Positions 28,598 through 38,360 of a stretch of DNA of 64,000 nt are shown piece after piece. The stretch is from Armatimonadota bacterium (GTDB lineage: Bacteria > Armatimonadota > SYMT01). The position numbers were made by a program, and so were the translations under genes. The number at the start of each line of letters is the position of its first letter. Positions within the stretch are counted from its first letter, which is position 1. The DNA lies in assembly GCA_041690135.1 (NCBI GenBank), contig JAWLHY010000010.1:192001-256000 (forward strand). Direction: 5' to 3'. Below the pieces are notes generated by a model. That model did no database searches, was not told where the DNA came from, and worked only from the letters and a program-made list of their open reading frames with translations.

Positions 28598-29611
28598 CTA
28601 CTGATTGCGGTGGGCAACCGGCTTGCGGGGTGCCGCCGCCTTTTTCGTTGCCGGGTTCTTGGGTGCCGGCCCGAGAGGCTTGGGCCTGGCAGTGGGTACT
28701 CCATTTGCTTCTCGCTCTAACCAGTCCGGGAGATCGATCTCTGCCGAGTCGCGCCAGGCGGTGAGATAGAGAGAAGCGGTGAACCGCACGGCCGCTTTTG
28801 CCCGCTCGCGGGTGAACTCCTGAATCTCCCTCGACGGCTTCTAATTCCGGCCGGCAGGAAGTTGGCTCTCCAGTTCGTAAACTCGGTCGATTTGCCTGCG
28901 AGTCGCCTGCAACTCGTCGAGAATTCCCGTGAAAAGGTCAGGATAAGGTTTCACCTGCTGCCGGACCGCCAGTTCCTGCGCTTTGAGGCCCAGCCGCTCG
29001 ACCAGGGAGTCTACCTGGGTGTGAATCCCGGATCGCGGGCTCTTGTGGTCCGCCCCTGCTCGCCCGTCGTGGTGCACGGTCGTATGTAGCGGCTGGCACA
29101 TGTCTCCTGAGTAGTGAGCAAGAATCCCGGCGTATACCAGGGACTTGCTGCGGATGTGGGGGTTCGCGGGCCACTTCCGGTGTTCGGCGAAGGCGATTGT
29201 GAGGCGTTCCGTCCACTCGGAGATGGCGTACGGGACCGTGCCGACATTCTCGGGCACGAGATCCTCCTTGAAGCAGAGCTTGAAGAAGCTGTACCGCGAC
29301 TTGGGAAGTTCCTTACCTTCCAGCAACTCAAGGTCGATGTAGTGCTCCGGCCCTTCGCAGGCACGGAGGTGCGCCGCCTTGCGGTTCTTGAATACGTCGG
29401 GGTCCACGGCGAGGTGCGCCACGGTGGCGCCGCCCGAGCGGAAGTAGGCCGGAACCTCCGCCGGTAGGGCGTGCACCGCGCCTTCTGCGATAATACCGTG
29501 CCCTACGGTGTGCCAGGCCGTCACCGGCGCGGCGATGAGCAGAGCGCAAGTAGCTGCGACAGCTGCCGCAGTGGCGTGGCGGGCGGTGTGGAGTGGTGGA
29601 CGTAGGTTCAT
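28598..29611 (-). pseudogene. secreted S1/P1 nuclease or Zn-phospholipase C-like gene with an in-frame TAG
   Basis: Signal peptide, then AW..GH, PD, HYID and HYSGDMCQPLH; TAG at 28841-28843, after which the frame continues KPSREIQEFTRERAKAAVRFTASLYLTAW to 28598. Confidence 0.75.
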
Positions 29612-29949
29612 TCCGAAACTCGCGGTTTCACATGGGAACGACAGGGTCCAGGGAGTCGGGGCGGCGATGCTACGTAGGGAGGGGTAGTCGCCCCGCGCTA
29701 TCGACCTCCCAGTTTACCGAGTGCCGTCACGGCACGGCCTTAATCCACGACTAAGATTCTCAATGCCTGCTGCGGAACCTCGAAAGCCTCGGCTGGCGGA
29801 ATGTAATTGGTAGGCCCGCGGGTCCGCTGACCGGAGCACCGCCTCAGCAATTACTCTGTGACCTACACGTCGGCCCTTACCGGACGCCCCGTGTAGATCC
29901 GGCTAGAATCGATGGGTCTTACAGATAGCAGACGAACAGGAACATTCCC

Positions 29950-30678
29950 ATGAACGCCCGTGCGCTCTTTTCGGTCCTCCTGGGCGGCAGCCTGGTGGCC
30001 GCGGCGTCGGCTCAGGCCACTACCGCCGCCCGGAAGCGCCCGGCTAAGAAAACGGAAAAGCCGGCGGCCAAGAAGCCGCCGATCCAGCCGATGGCGTTCA
30101 ATCCCGGTGAACTCGATCTGCTGCCCGGCGAAAGCTATCCCGTGGAGCTCTACGTTCCCAGCCCTACCGGGCGCGAGTTCCAGGGAGAGCTCACCTTTGC
30201 ACCGGCAAAGGGGCTCACCGTCAAACCGGATTCCCGCTGGAACGGGAAGGTCTCGCGGTATGGCGCCAAGACCTATCCCAGCATCTTCGCGGCCCGCGAC
30301 ATCGAAGTGGGCACGTTTTCCGTGGACGCGACTTTCGCGGAGGAACACAAATCCGCATTGAAGGTCCGCATTTTGCGTCCGGAAATGGAGATCGTTCCGG
30401 GGCAGATGCGCCTGACGATCAAGATGACGAACCCGTTCCGGACGCGCCTGCTCAACGGCCGGATCATTGCCTCGAATCCCGATCGCTTCCTGCAGGACAT
30501 TACGGCCCAGGAGTTCAAGGTCACGCCCGGCAACTCCCAGGAGGTCGTTTTCCCGCTGCCGGGGGCCGCACCCGCGGATGGCGAGAAGTACGACTTCACG
30601 CTCACGGTGGAGACTTACCAGGGCTTCCGTGAAACGAAGACCCACGCGCTGGAATTCCCACCGACGCCGGAGAAGTAG
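29950..30678 (+). CDS. secreted hypothetical protein with beta-sandwich-like domains
   Basis: Signal peptide, Lys/Pro linker, beta-rich body, strong GC3 bias. Confidence 0.82.
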   Translation: MNARALFSVLLGGSLVAAASAQATTAARKRPAKKTEKPAAKKPPIQPMAFNPGELDLLPGESYPVELYVPSPTGREFQGELTFAPAKGLTVKPDSRWNGKVSRYGAKTYPSIFAARDIEVGTFSVDATFAEEHKSALKVRILRPEMEIVPGQMRLTIKMTNPFRTRLLNGRIIASNPDRFLQDITAQEFKVTPGNSQEVVFPLPGAAPADGEKYDFTLTVETYQGFRETKTHALEFPPTPEK

Positions 30679-30725
30679 AAAGGGAGAGCGGGCATCGCAA
30701 TACGCGGATGCCCGCTCTCCCTTTT
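30679..30725. terminator. intrinsic terminator, likely bidirectional
   Basis: AAAGGGAGAGCGGGCATC/GATGCCCGCTCTCCCTTT perfect stem. Confidence 0.85.
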
Positions 30726-30759
30726 CCTCGCCTCTCGGGTCCTGTTCTGTACCGCATCA

Positions 30760-30808
30760 ACCCCGGAGGGGTTTCCCCCGCAGTAGCCGCGGAATTTCAT
30801 TCCGTGGC
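30760..30808 (+). repeat. REP-like element (small hairpin, GTAGCC, second hairpin)
   Basis: ACCCCGGAGGGGT, then GTAGCCGCGGAATTTCATTCCGTGGC; shares GTAGCCRCGGA/TCCGTGG with the 17676 hairpin. Confidence 0.55.
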
Positions 30809-30869
30809 GGCACGTGGTGTCGCGCATCCCCCTGGGCACCGAAACTGCTCGGTGCGTATTACGCGCCGG

Positions 30870-31895
30870 TTACCGGACTTCCCACACGCGAAGGCCCGAG
30901 TTGTCGATCTTCGAAGGGAGAACGACCATCCCCAGGTCCTCGACCGCGCGCCGCACCAGGTGGTCCCGGTTGCGCTGGGCGAGAATGGTAACCGTTCCCC
31001 CGCCGCCGGCGCCATTTGCCTTGAAACCCATCGCGCCCGCGGCCATGGTGCGAGCGTGGAGCTCCTCGATCTCCGGCGTGGTGATCTCCGGGTGCAGGGC
31101 CTTTTGCGCGTCCCAGTTCGTGTTCATCGCCTGCGCGAACAGTTCCAGGTCGCCGGTGAGAAGTGCTTCCTTGCCGCGGGAGCCGCATTCCGCCAGGATT
31201 TCGAACTGGCGCCGGTTGTGGCCCGCTTCGTATTCGCCGATCACCTTTTCGTGCATGGCGCTGGAGAAGTGCGAGCGACCCGTGTAAACCAACACGAGCC
31301 GGTCTTCCAGTTCGCAACGCGTGGCGGTGCTAAGCGGGACAGGGAATACGCGAGCGTGCGGATAGTTGACTTCCATGAAGTTAACGCCGCCATAGGCAGA
31401 GGCCAACTGGTCCTGGACACCGCACTCCAGCCCCAGTTCATCCGTCTCCAAAGCCTGTGATTCGCGGGCGACTTCGTAAGGAAGCAGGTGGTCCTGAAGG
31501 TAGTGGGAGAGCGCCGCGACCGTTGCCACGCCCAGGGCCGCCGAAGACCCCAGGCCGCTGCCGGGAGGTGCGTCGGAACGCACGAGGATTCGCACGCCCC
31601 GCTTGATACCGGAGCGCTTGATGGCGGCTTTGAACAGGTCGAGCACACTGTTGTACTCGATCTGGCGGATATCCCGGATCTGCGCCTGTTCGTCGGTATC
31701 GTAACTCTCGATGGTGATCCCCGAAAACGCACCTACTTCGAGCGTGACGTGCGTGTAGAGGGTTGCGGCGAAATTCAAGACCGTTCCACTAGGAACGATC
31801 CGTGTGTCCGTCCAGCCGCCCAGGTCGCAAAAGCGGACAGGCGCGCGAGCTCGGATCGTCTGCAATTCTGTGTCTCCGTCTGAGAGCGTCGACAT
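30870..31895 (-). CDS. GHMP family sugar kinase, HddA-like heptose-7-phosphate kinase
   Basis: APVRFCDLGGWTD, PPGSGLGSSA, GVQDQ and GAGGGG motifs. Confidence 0.88.
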   Translation of the reverse strand: MSTLSDGDTELQTIRARAPVRFCDLGGWTDTRIVPSGTVLNFAATLYTHVTLEVGAFSGITIESYDTDEQAQIRDIRQIEYNSVLDLFKAAIKRSGIKRGVRILVRSDAPPGSGLGSSAALGVATVAALSHYLQDHLLPYEVARESQALETDELGLECGVQDQLASAYGGVNFMEVNYPHARVFPVPLSTATRCELEDRLVLVYTGRSHFSSAMHEKVIGEYEAGHNRRQFEILAECGSRGKEALLTGDLELFAQAMNTNWDAQKALHPEITTPEIEELHARTMAAGAMGFKANGAGGGGTVTILAQRNRDHLVRRAVEDLGMVVLPSKIDNSGLRVWEVR

Positions 31896-32195
31896 GGGAA
31901 AGATTGCCTGCTCGTTCAGTAAAAGCCCAACGTAGTTTCGTGTTGGAGCCCAGGCTCTTCCTCCGAAAACCCCATTGGGGGAACGCTTAACGCGTACATC
32001 GGTGTTCACCGGTGGCCGAACGCGGCATGAAAGGCGTAGAACTGACCGGGTCCCTTCAAACCCACCTCGAAGGGCCGGGCTTCCATTGCCAAGCGATTCC
32101 TGGGTACCGGGGGTACGGGGAGGCATGAGACGCCCCAAACCCGAAAAAGTACGTCGGTCGTTCGAACACCTGGAGGGGAACTCCTGGAGGTAAAG

Positions 32196-35100
32196 ATGCG
32201 GAGAGGTTGGTTAGCTCTTCTACTGGCGAGCGGATGGGTGACCGGGACGGGTGGCCCGGGTTGGTCCGCGTCCCAGGCAGCCCCCCCAACTCCAGGCCCG
32301 CCTCCTCCGACCACCGGGGAGAAGAAGGTCGAGGCGCCCAGCACGCCCGTAGACGAGGCCGCCGGGCGGGCTCTCGAACCGGCGAAGGCACTGCTGGCGC
32401 AGAAGAAGTATCCGGAAGCGATCGCCGCGTTGGAGAAATTCCTCGCCGACCACGCAAAAAGCTCGCTGGCGGCAGCGGCCCGGGTCCATCTGGGAGAGGC
32501 GCTCCTCGGAGCCGAGCGGAACGAGGCGGCGATCAAAAGCTTCGAAGAGGCCCTGGGCGCAAAGCCCGGGCCCGAGGTTCGATCCGCGGCGCTGGTGGGC
32601 CTGGGCGAGGGCTTGCTCCGGCTCAAGACCTATCCGCGGGCTAGCGAGGTGCTGACCGAAGCTTTCGATCTCACGACATACGATGAGAAATACGGCCCCC
32701 TGGCAGGATACTTCCTCGGCGAATCTCTCCTGGCGTTGAACAAACCGGAACAGGCAGCGAGAGCTTTCTACCGCGGAACCCGGTGGCCGATGCACCCGGA
32801 GGCGCCTCGCTCTTATTACATGGTCGGTGAGGCCTACCGGCGCTCCGGCAACCTGGACGAGGCCGCGCTGGCGTACCGGACAATGGCGGACCGCTACTGG
32901 CGCCATCCGCTTGCGCCGCAATCCGCCCTGGCTGCCGCGGAATCTTACCTGGGTCTCAAGAAGTACGAGGAAGCGGAGCGAGAACTCCGGAGAGTCCTGA
33001 AGGACTACATCGAGAGCTCTTCCGCACCCCGCGCACAGATGGGGCTAGGACGCCTCGCCTACCTCCAGGGCAATTACAACGTAGCCCGAGCTGCCTACAA
33101 TGCCGCCGCGGTGGTCTTCGCGAAAGCCGGCGTCGGTCCCGAAGCGGAGTTGCGGATCGCCGATTGCTATCTCGCAGAAAAGAACCTCGAAGAAGCGACC
33201 AGGCGTTACTCGGCACTCGGCAGCGGAATGGACCGTCTCATCGCGGGCGAGGCGCTCTATTCCCTGGCCATGCTCCATCGGGAACAGGACAAACCGACCC
33301 TCGCCGTAGAGGTATTCGAAAAGCTCCTGGCAGACCGATCTACAGGCAAGTGGTCGCACCTGGGAGGCCTTCGCCTGGCCGAAATCCGCGGCGGCAGCGG
33401 CGACCTGAACGGCGCCGTGGCCGCCCTTAAAGCCGTCCTTGCGGCAATGCCCGGCGCCGAGCAGGCGGATGAAGCCCAGTTCGCGCTTGGTCAGGCCTTG
33501 CTGAAAGGGAATGAGTTCACCGCCGCTGAAGGAGAGTTTCGAGCACTCCTTCAACGACGGCCGGAAGGACCCTTCGCGCTACGGGCCGCCGCCGCCGCCG
33601 CCCGGACAAAGCTCGGCCTGAAGGATGCGACAGCGGCCTCTTCGGAATGCCTGGCGCTGCTGAAGAAGGAGCTTTCTCCGGATCTCCGCGCCGGTGTCCT
33701 GACCACGCTCGGGCATGCCCAGCTCCAACTCAAGCAGGATACCGCTGCGGTCACCGTCCTCAAAGAGGTCCTGGAGAAACATCCCACAAGCCCCAGCGCC
33801 CCCGAGGCGGCACTGGCTTTGCTCGATCACTACCGAACGACCCGCCAAACAGGGCCCGCCGCCGAGTTGGAGAAGCTCATCGCGCAGCGCTACCAGGGGG
33901 CGGGGCCCGCAGTAGCCGGGCTACTGAATGAGGCGGGAAAGCTGATGATTTCCGGCCGCTATGAGGAGGCCATCCGGCTCTACACCCAGTCCCTGGGCCG
34001 GGTCCCCGACCGTGCCTCACGCCTGCAAGCGCGAGCGGGACTGGCGGAGGCCTGCGCCGCGCTCAAGAAGCCTGCGGAGGCGGCGGCCCACCTGGAGGAG
34101 ATCCGCCAGGACGCGCCCCCCACGGGGTTCCTGGCCCGCGCCCATTACCGGGCAGCGATAGCTCTGGAAAAGCACGGGGCTCGCGGTGAAGCCCTCGCCG
34201 CCTATCGTTCCGCCCTCACCGCCGAACCCGATGCAGAGGTATTGGGCGCGTCCTTACTGGCAACCGGGCGTCTCCTCTCCGATGCCGGCAACCAGGCTGA
34301 AGCAGAAGTGGCCTTGAAGAAACTGGTAGAGGGACAGCCCAAGTCGCCTCTCGTGCCGGATGCCCTCTACGCTCTGGCCTGGTGTCGGATCCTGACCGGG
34401 CACCCTTCCCAGGCGTATCCCCTCTTCGCGGATCTCTCCACGCGTTTTCCGACCCACCCCCTTGCGTCCGACGCCCTGTTCCGCCTGGCGGAGCGAGACT
34501 ACGCGGCGGGAGAGATCGAAAAGGCGGCGGCGGCCTACGCGCGCGTGGCGAACTCCGGCGCACCCGTGTCCGACCGGGCGGGCTATAAGCTGGGGTGGAT
34601 CCGGCTCAAAGAGCGTGACTTTGCCGCGGCCGCGGCGGCCTTCCAGGCCGTGGTAGACCGCACCCCGCGGAGCGAAGTGGCGGTTGAGTGTCGCGTCAGG
34701 GCCGGGGAAGCCTACCTGCAACTGGAACAGGACCAGAAGGCCGCTGCGCACTTCGACGCCGTGCTGGCATCCCCTCCCACAACGGAGGAAGGGCGCCGGC
34801 TTCACCTCCAGGCGCGGGTCGGGCGGGCCCTCACCTATCTGATGCAGGGTGAATTCGATCGCGCCCGCGAAATGGCCCACGCCGATGCCCTACCGGAGAA
34901 CGGCTGGTACGGGGGGCGAGCACAGATCGTATCCGCGGAAGCCGTGTTCTTGAAGTCCGGGCCCAAAGCGGCATTGGCTGAGTACACCCGGGGCGCCTCT
35001 CTTTTCAGTCGCCATCGCGACGTAGCGGCGGAAGCTTACTTCCGTGCGGGAGAGTGCTATGAGAAGCTGGGGAACATCAAGGCGGCACGCGGCGTCTGGC

Positions 35101-35198
35101 AACGGGTGAGCGATCTCTTTCCTGAAACCGAGTGGTCTCGCCGGAGCCGGGAAAAACTGGAGGCGCCCTCACCCGTCGCCTCCCGATCCGGTAAGTAG
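32196..35198 (+). CDS. exported tetratricopeptide-repeat protein, about 1000 aa
   Basis: Signal peptide; many CpoB/BamD-like TPR units such as PKSPLVPDALYALAW; GGAGG SD. Confidence 0.9.
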   Translation: MRRGWLALLLASGWVTGTGGPGWSASQAAPPTPGPPPPTTGEKKVEAPSTPVDEAAGRALEPAKALLAQKKYPEAIAALEKFLADHAKSSLAAAARVHLGEALLGAERNEAAIKSFEEALGAKPGPEVRSAALVGLGEGLLRLKTYPRASEVLTEAFDLTTYDEKYGPLAGYFLGESLLALNKPEQAARAFYRGTRWPMHPEAPRSYYMVGEAYRRSGNLDEAALAYRTMADRYWRHPLAPQSALAAAESYLGLKKYEEAERELRRVLKDYIESSSAPRAQMGLGRLAYLQGNYNVARAAYNAAAVVFAKAGVGPEAELRIADCYLAEKNLEEATRRYSALGSGMDRLIAGEALYSLAMLHREQDKPTLAVEVFEKLLADRSTGKWSHLGGLRLAEIRGGSGDLNGAVAALKAVLAAMPGAEQADEAQFALGQALLKGNEFTAAEGEFRALLQRRPEGPFALRAAAAAARTKLGLKDATAASSECLALLKKELSPDLRAGVLTTLGHAQLQLKQDTAAVTVLKEVLEKHPTSPSAPEAALALLDHYRTTRQTGPAAELEKLIAQRYQGAGPAVAGLLNEAGKLMISGRYEEAIRLYTQSLGRVPDRASRLQARAGLAEACAALKKPAEAAAHLEEIRQDAPPTGFLARAHYRAAIALEKHGARGEALAAYRSALTAEPDAEVLGASLLATGRLLSDAGNQAEAEVALKKLVEGQPKSPLVPDALYALAWCRILTGHPSQAYPLFADLSTRFPTHPLASDALFRLAERDYAAGEIEKAAAAYARVANSGAPVSDRAGYKLGWIRLKERDFAAAAAAFQAVVDRTPRSEVAVECRVRAGEAYLQLEQDQKAAAHFDAVLASPPTTEEGRRLHLQARVGRALTYLMQGEFDRAREMAHADALPENGWYGGRAQIVSAEAVFLKSGPKAALAEYTRGASLFSRHRDVAAEAYFRAGECYEKLGNIKAARGVWQRVSDLFPETEWSRRSREKLEAPSPVASRSGK

Positions 35199-35203
35199 CG
35201 TTC

Positions 35204-36676
35204 ATGGAATTCGCGCCGACCAGCCGCCTCTCGTACCTTGCGGAGCCGGGTCTCCGGCAGGCAGTGCTGCGCCAGGCGATTGCGGGGGCAATCGGCGGAT
35301 TCCTGGTGTTCCTGCTGCTGGAGCCGGTTCGCCGTGCGGGCGGGGGCTACGGTGCGGACCTTTTCGACGGGATCTCCGACCTGTACATGCCCGGCATCCT
35401 GTTCGGAGGGATCGTCACGGCACTGCTGGTCGGCGCGGAGGAGCTGTTTTCCGGAAGTCTCCTTCGCCTTTGTGCTCGAACTGTGGCCAGTGCCCTGGCC
35501 GGCGCGGTGCTGGGCGCGGGCTATTCGGTGATCGGGCAAACCCTCTTCGATGCCCTCCGGGAGACCCTTCCCGGCAGTGCGCTCCTCGCCCGCAGCCTGG
35601 GTTGGGCGATTTTCGGTCTCGGCACGGGGTTAAGTGCCGGAATCGCTTCCCACTCCGGTCAGCGTGCCTATCAGGGATGTGCCGGAGGCCTGGTCGGCGG
35701 ATTCCTGGCGGGTTGGATCTTCGCCTTGATTCCGGAAGCCTTCGGCGCCGGCACGCTCCGGCTGTTCACCGGCTTCGTCATTCTCGGGGTCGCGGTGGGT
35801 ATCGCGACGGCGCTCTTCGAGCACCTGTCACGCTCAGTTTGGCTGACATTTCTGACCGGATCGCGCGAAGGACAGGACCTGCTGCTTTACCGCGACCCGG
35901 TAGTGCTGGGGCGCAGCGAGCTGGTTGACGTGCCGTTATTTGGGGACACTTCGGTCGACAAGCGACATGCCGTTATCCTGCTCCATCCCAGCCCACGGAT
36001 CGAACAGGTGGGCGAAGGGGAGATGTTGACTATCGACGGCGATCCGGTTTCCGCCGCCGACCTTCTGGATGGGAGTGTCATCGGGATCGGCAAGCATCGT
36101 CTCCGGTTCCACCATCACGAGTACCGGCACACCACCCCTAAAGGCCCGGTGCCGCCCACCGCAATCGCATTCGAACATTTCGTGGGGGATTCTGCATCTC
36201 AACAAGCGGAAGCTCCCATCCCGCTCCCAGGAAGCGGGCCGGAACCGGTTTTCCCGGGACTTGCAATGGCTCACACCGGCTCCCCGACTGCTACCATGCT
36301 GGATCCTACCCCCATCGCACCCGCAACCGCTCCGGCCGGATGGGCCCAGGGGCCCCCAACCGGGCTTTTGCTCCGCGTGGTATGCGGTTCTGGAGTAGGT
36401 TCCGTGGTGCCGTTGGCCGGAGAAGTCGTGACCCTGGGACGCGACTCGGACAGCACCATTCCGCTGAAGGCCAGTAACGTATCTCGCAACCACGCGCGCA
36501 TCGCTTGCGTGGAGGGCTACTGGATTCTGACCGACTTGGGCAGCACGAACGGCACCTGGCTCAACGGTCTCCGGGTCAACCGGGCGGGGCTGGAACCGGG
36601 CGACCGCATAGAGGTCGGCGGGACCACAATTCGGGTAGAATCGATCGAGGGAGGCGCCGGGCGGGCGCCCTGGTGA
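35204..36676 (+). CDS. multi-TM membrane protein with two FHA domains
   Basis: About six Gly-rich TM helices; canonical C-terminal FHA (TLGR...VSRNHA...DLGSTNGT). Confidence 0.9.
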   Translation: MEFAPTSRLSYLAEPGLRQAVLRQAIAGAIGGFLVFLLLEPVRRAGGGYGADLFDGISDLYMPGILFGGIVTALLVGAEELFSGSLLRLCARTVASALAGAVLGAGYSVIGQTLFDALRETLPGSALLARSLGWAIFGLGTGLSAGIASHSGQRAYQGCAGGLVGGFLAGWIFALIPEAFGAGTLRLFTGFVILGVAVGIATALFEHLSRSVWLTFLTGSREGQDLLLYRDPVVLGRSELVDVPLFGDTSVDKRHAVILLHPSPRIEQVGEGEMLTIDGDPVSAADLLDGSVIGIGKHRLRFHHHEYRHTTPKGPVPPTAIAFEHFVGDSASQQAEAPIPLPGSGPEPVFPGLAMAHTGSPTATMLDPTPIAPATAPAGWAQGPPTGLLLRVVCGSGVGSVVPLAGEVVTLGRDSDSTIPLKASNVSRNHARIACVEGYWILTDLGSTNGTWLNGLRVNRAGLEPGDRIEVGGTTIRVESIEGGAGRAPW

Positions 36677-36686
36677 CGAGCTATCC

Positions 36687-38054
36687 GTGAAGGGATCTGA
36701 AAACGCGGCCGTTATCGCTGCCCTGCGCCAGGGTCTCGCCGGAGCCCTGGGCGGGTTCCTCGGCTTCCTGGTCCTAGAGCCCCGTATCCGCCGCGAGGAG
36801 TTGGGCGGTGCATCGGGATTCGAAGACGCGCTGGGGCTACTGCTAGCGGGCCTGTTGCTCGGCGGGCTAATCACTTTTCTCCTGGCCGCCGCCGATGAGC
36901 TCCCCACAGGCCGCTGGGTGCGCGCACTCTTGAGGGGAGTGGGGGCAGGAGGCGCCGGCGCACTCCTGGGTGTGCTGTTCCTCGTCGGCGCCGGCTTCCT
37001 CTACAGTGCTCTCTTGCCCCTGGCGGTACTGGGCGGGCCGGTGTTCCAGATACTACGCCGGGCCCTGGTTTGGGGCCTCTGGGGGTTCGGCGTTGGCTTG
37101 AGTGCGGGGCTGGTCTCCCGCTCGCAACGGCGGATCGTCCAGGGCTGCCTCGGGGGCCTTCTGGGCGGCCTGGTGGGCGGCTTCCTCTTCGACGTCCTGG
37201 CCGAAATGACCAGCGGCGCCACGCTGAGCCGGTTCGTCGGCTTTGTGGGGTTGGGCCTTTGTGTCGGGGTCGCAACGGCCCTCGTCGAACAACTGGCGCG
37301 GGTGGCGTGGGTGCGCTTCCTCACCGGCTCGCGGGAGGGAAAGACGATCCTGCTCCACCGGGATGTCAATCTTTTGGGCCGGGACGAGCTGGCCGACCTG
37401 CCCCTGTTCGGGGATCCGGCGGTGGCACGAAAGCAGGCTTTGCTGCGCGTGTCCCCCACCCCCTCCATCCAGGAAATCGGCCCCACTCCCCTTCTGCGGG
37501 TGGACGGTCAGCCATGCCGGGCCTCCAGTCTTGCGGACGGCACCGTGATCGAGATCGGACGGCACCGGTTTCGTTTCCATCTCCGCGCTTCCGCACCGCC
37601 TGGAATGGTCATGTCCCCAACCCCAAACCCTGGGGTTCACCCACTGCCGGCCCCTCCGATGCTTTGCGCCTCGCCGATGGACACGCACAACCGTACACTC
37701 CAGGGAATCGCTCCGGACGCCTCTCCCGAGGCGACGATCCTGTCCGAGCCGGAACCGCTACAGAGAGAGGATGGGATACCGGTACTCCGGGTCGTCGCGG
37801 GCCCCTCTGCCGGGTCTCTGGCGCGCCTGACACCGGGACTCACGCTGGGGCGCGAGCAGGACAACCACCTCCAACTCGCGGACGCCAAGGTTTCCCGCTA
37901 CCATGCCCGGATCGACCGGATCGAGGACTCCTGGGTGCTGACGGATCTCGACAGCACCAACGGCACCCGCCTTAACGGCGTCCAAATCACCCGCGCCGGC
38001 TTGGAACCGGGGGACTATCTCTACCTGGGGGACTCGGTAGTCGCGGTGGAATGA
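36687..38054 (+). CDS. multi-TM membrane protein with two FHA domains, tandem paralog
   Basis: Same architecture; shares FLTGSREG and LFGD; C-terminal FHA TLGR...VSRYHA...DLDSTNGT. Confidence 0.9.
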   Translation: MKGSENAAVIAALRQGLAGALGGFLGFLVLEPRIRREELGGASGFEDALGLLLAGLLLGGLITFLLAAADELPTGRWVRALLRGVGAGGAGALLGVLFLVGAGFLYSALLPLAVLGGPVFQILRRALVWGLWGFGVGLSAGLVSRSQRRIVQGCLGGLLGGLVGGFLFDVLAEMTSGATLSRFVGFVGLGLCVGVATALVEQLARVAWVRFLTGSREGKTILLHRDVNLLGRDELADLPLFGDPAVARKQALLRVSPTPSIQEIGPTPLLRVDGQPCRASSLADGTVIEIGRHRFRFHLRASAPPGMVMSPTPNPGVHPLPAPPMLCASPMDTHNRTLQGIAPDASPEATILSEPEPLQREDGIPVLRVVAGPSAGSLARLTPGLTLGREQDNHLQLADAKVSRYHARIDRIEDSWVLTDLDSTNGTRLNGVQITRAGLEPGDYLYLGDSVVAVE

Positions 38055-38360
38055 GAACGGACTGAAGGTATTCGGGTGTTCAGGCTTTCGGCCCCCAATT
38101 CGATCGCGGGCAGTTGGACTGCCCGCGAAATACTTCGTCCGCAGTTGCACTGCGGAAGCCTGTAGTCTCGCTGTCGTTGCGGATCACCCGGGTCGCCACT
38201 GTCGGCACGGGGTTGGGCGCGGCGCAGTGCAACTGCGCACGATCGCCCACACCCAGGGGGTGCCCGGTACCCGCCGGCTGCAGTGTAACGGCAGCCAATC
38301 CTGGAGAATTTCCCATCAACATCGTTCAGGCGTTCGCGCGGGAAGGCAGGCGGTCCGGCA

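Noticed and set aside
28461-28600. tRNA-Glu as an integration site for an island
   Set aside because: No integrase, no duplicated tRNA 3' end found and no obvious compositional shift
28841-28843. Genome-wide TAG reassignment
   Set aside because: Conserved genes such as rplU and kdsA end at TAG at their expected lengths
29650-29900. Hairpins and a tRNA-like TGGCGGAA...TTGGTAG string
   Set aside because: No T-arm or acceptor stem; the hairpins match no riboswitch I recognise
38080-38340. 80-aa minus-strand ORF between convergent genes
   Set aside because: No SD, motif or clear codon bias
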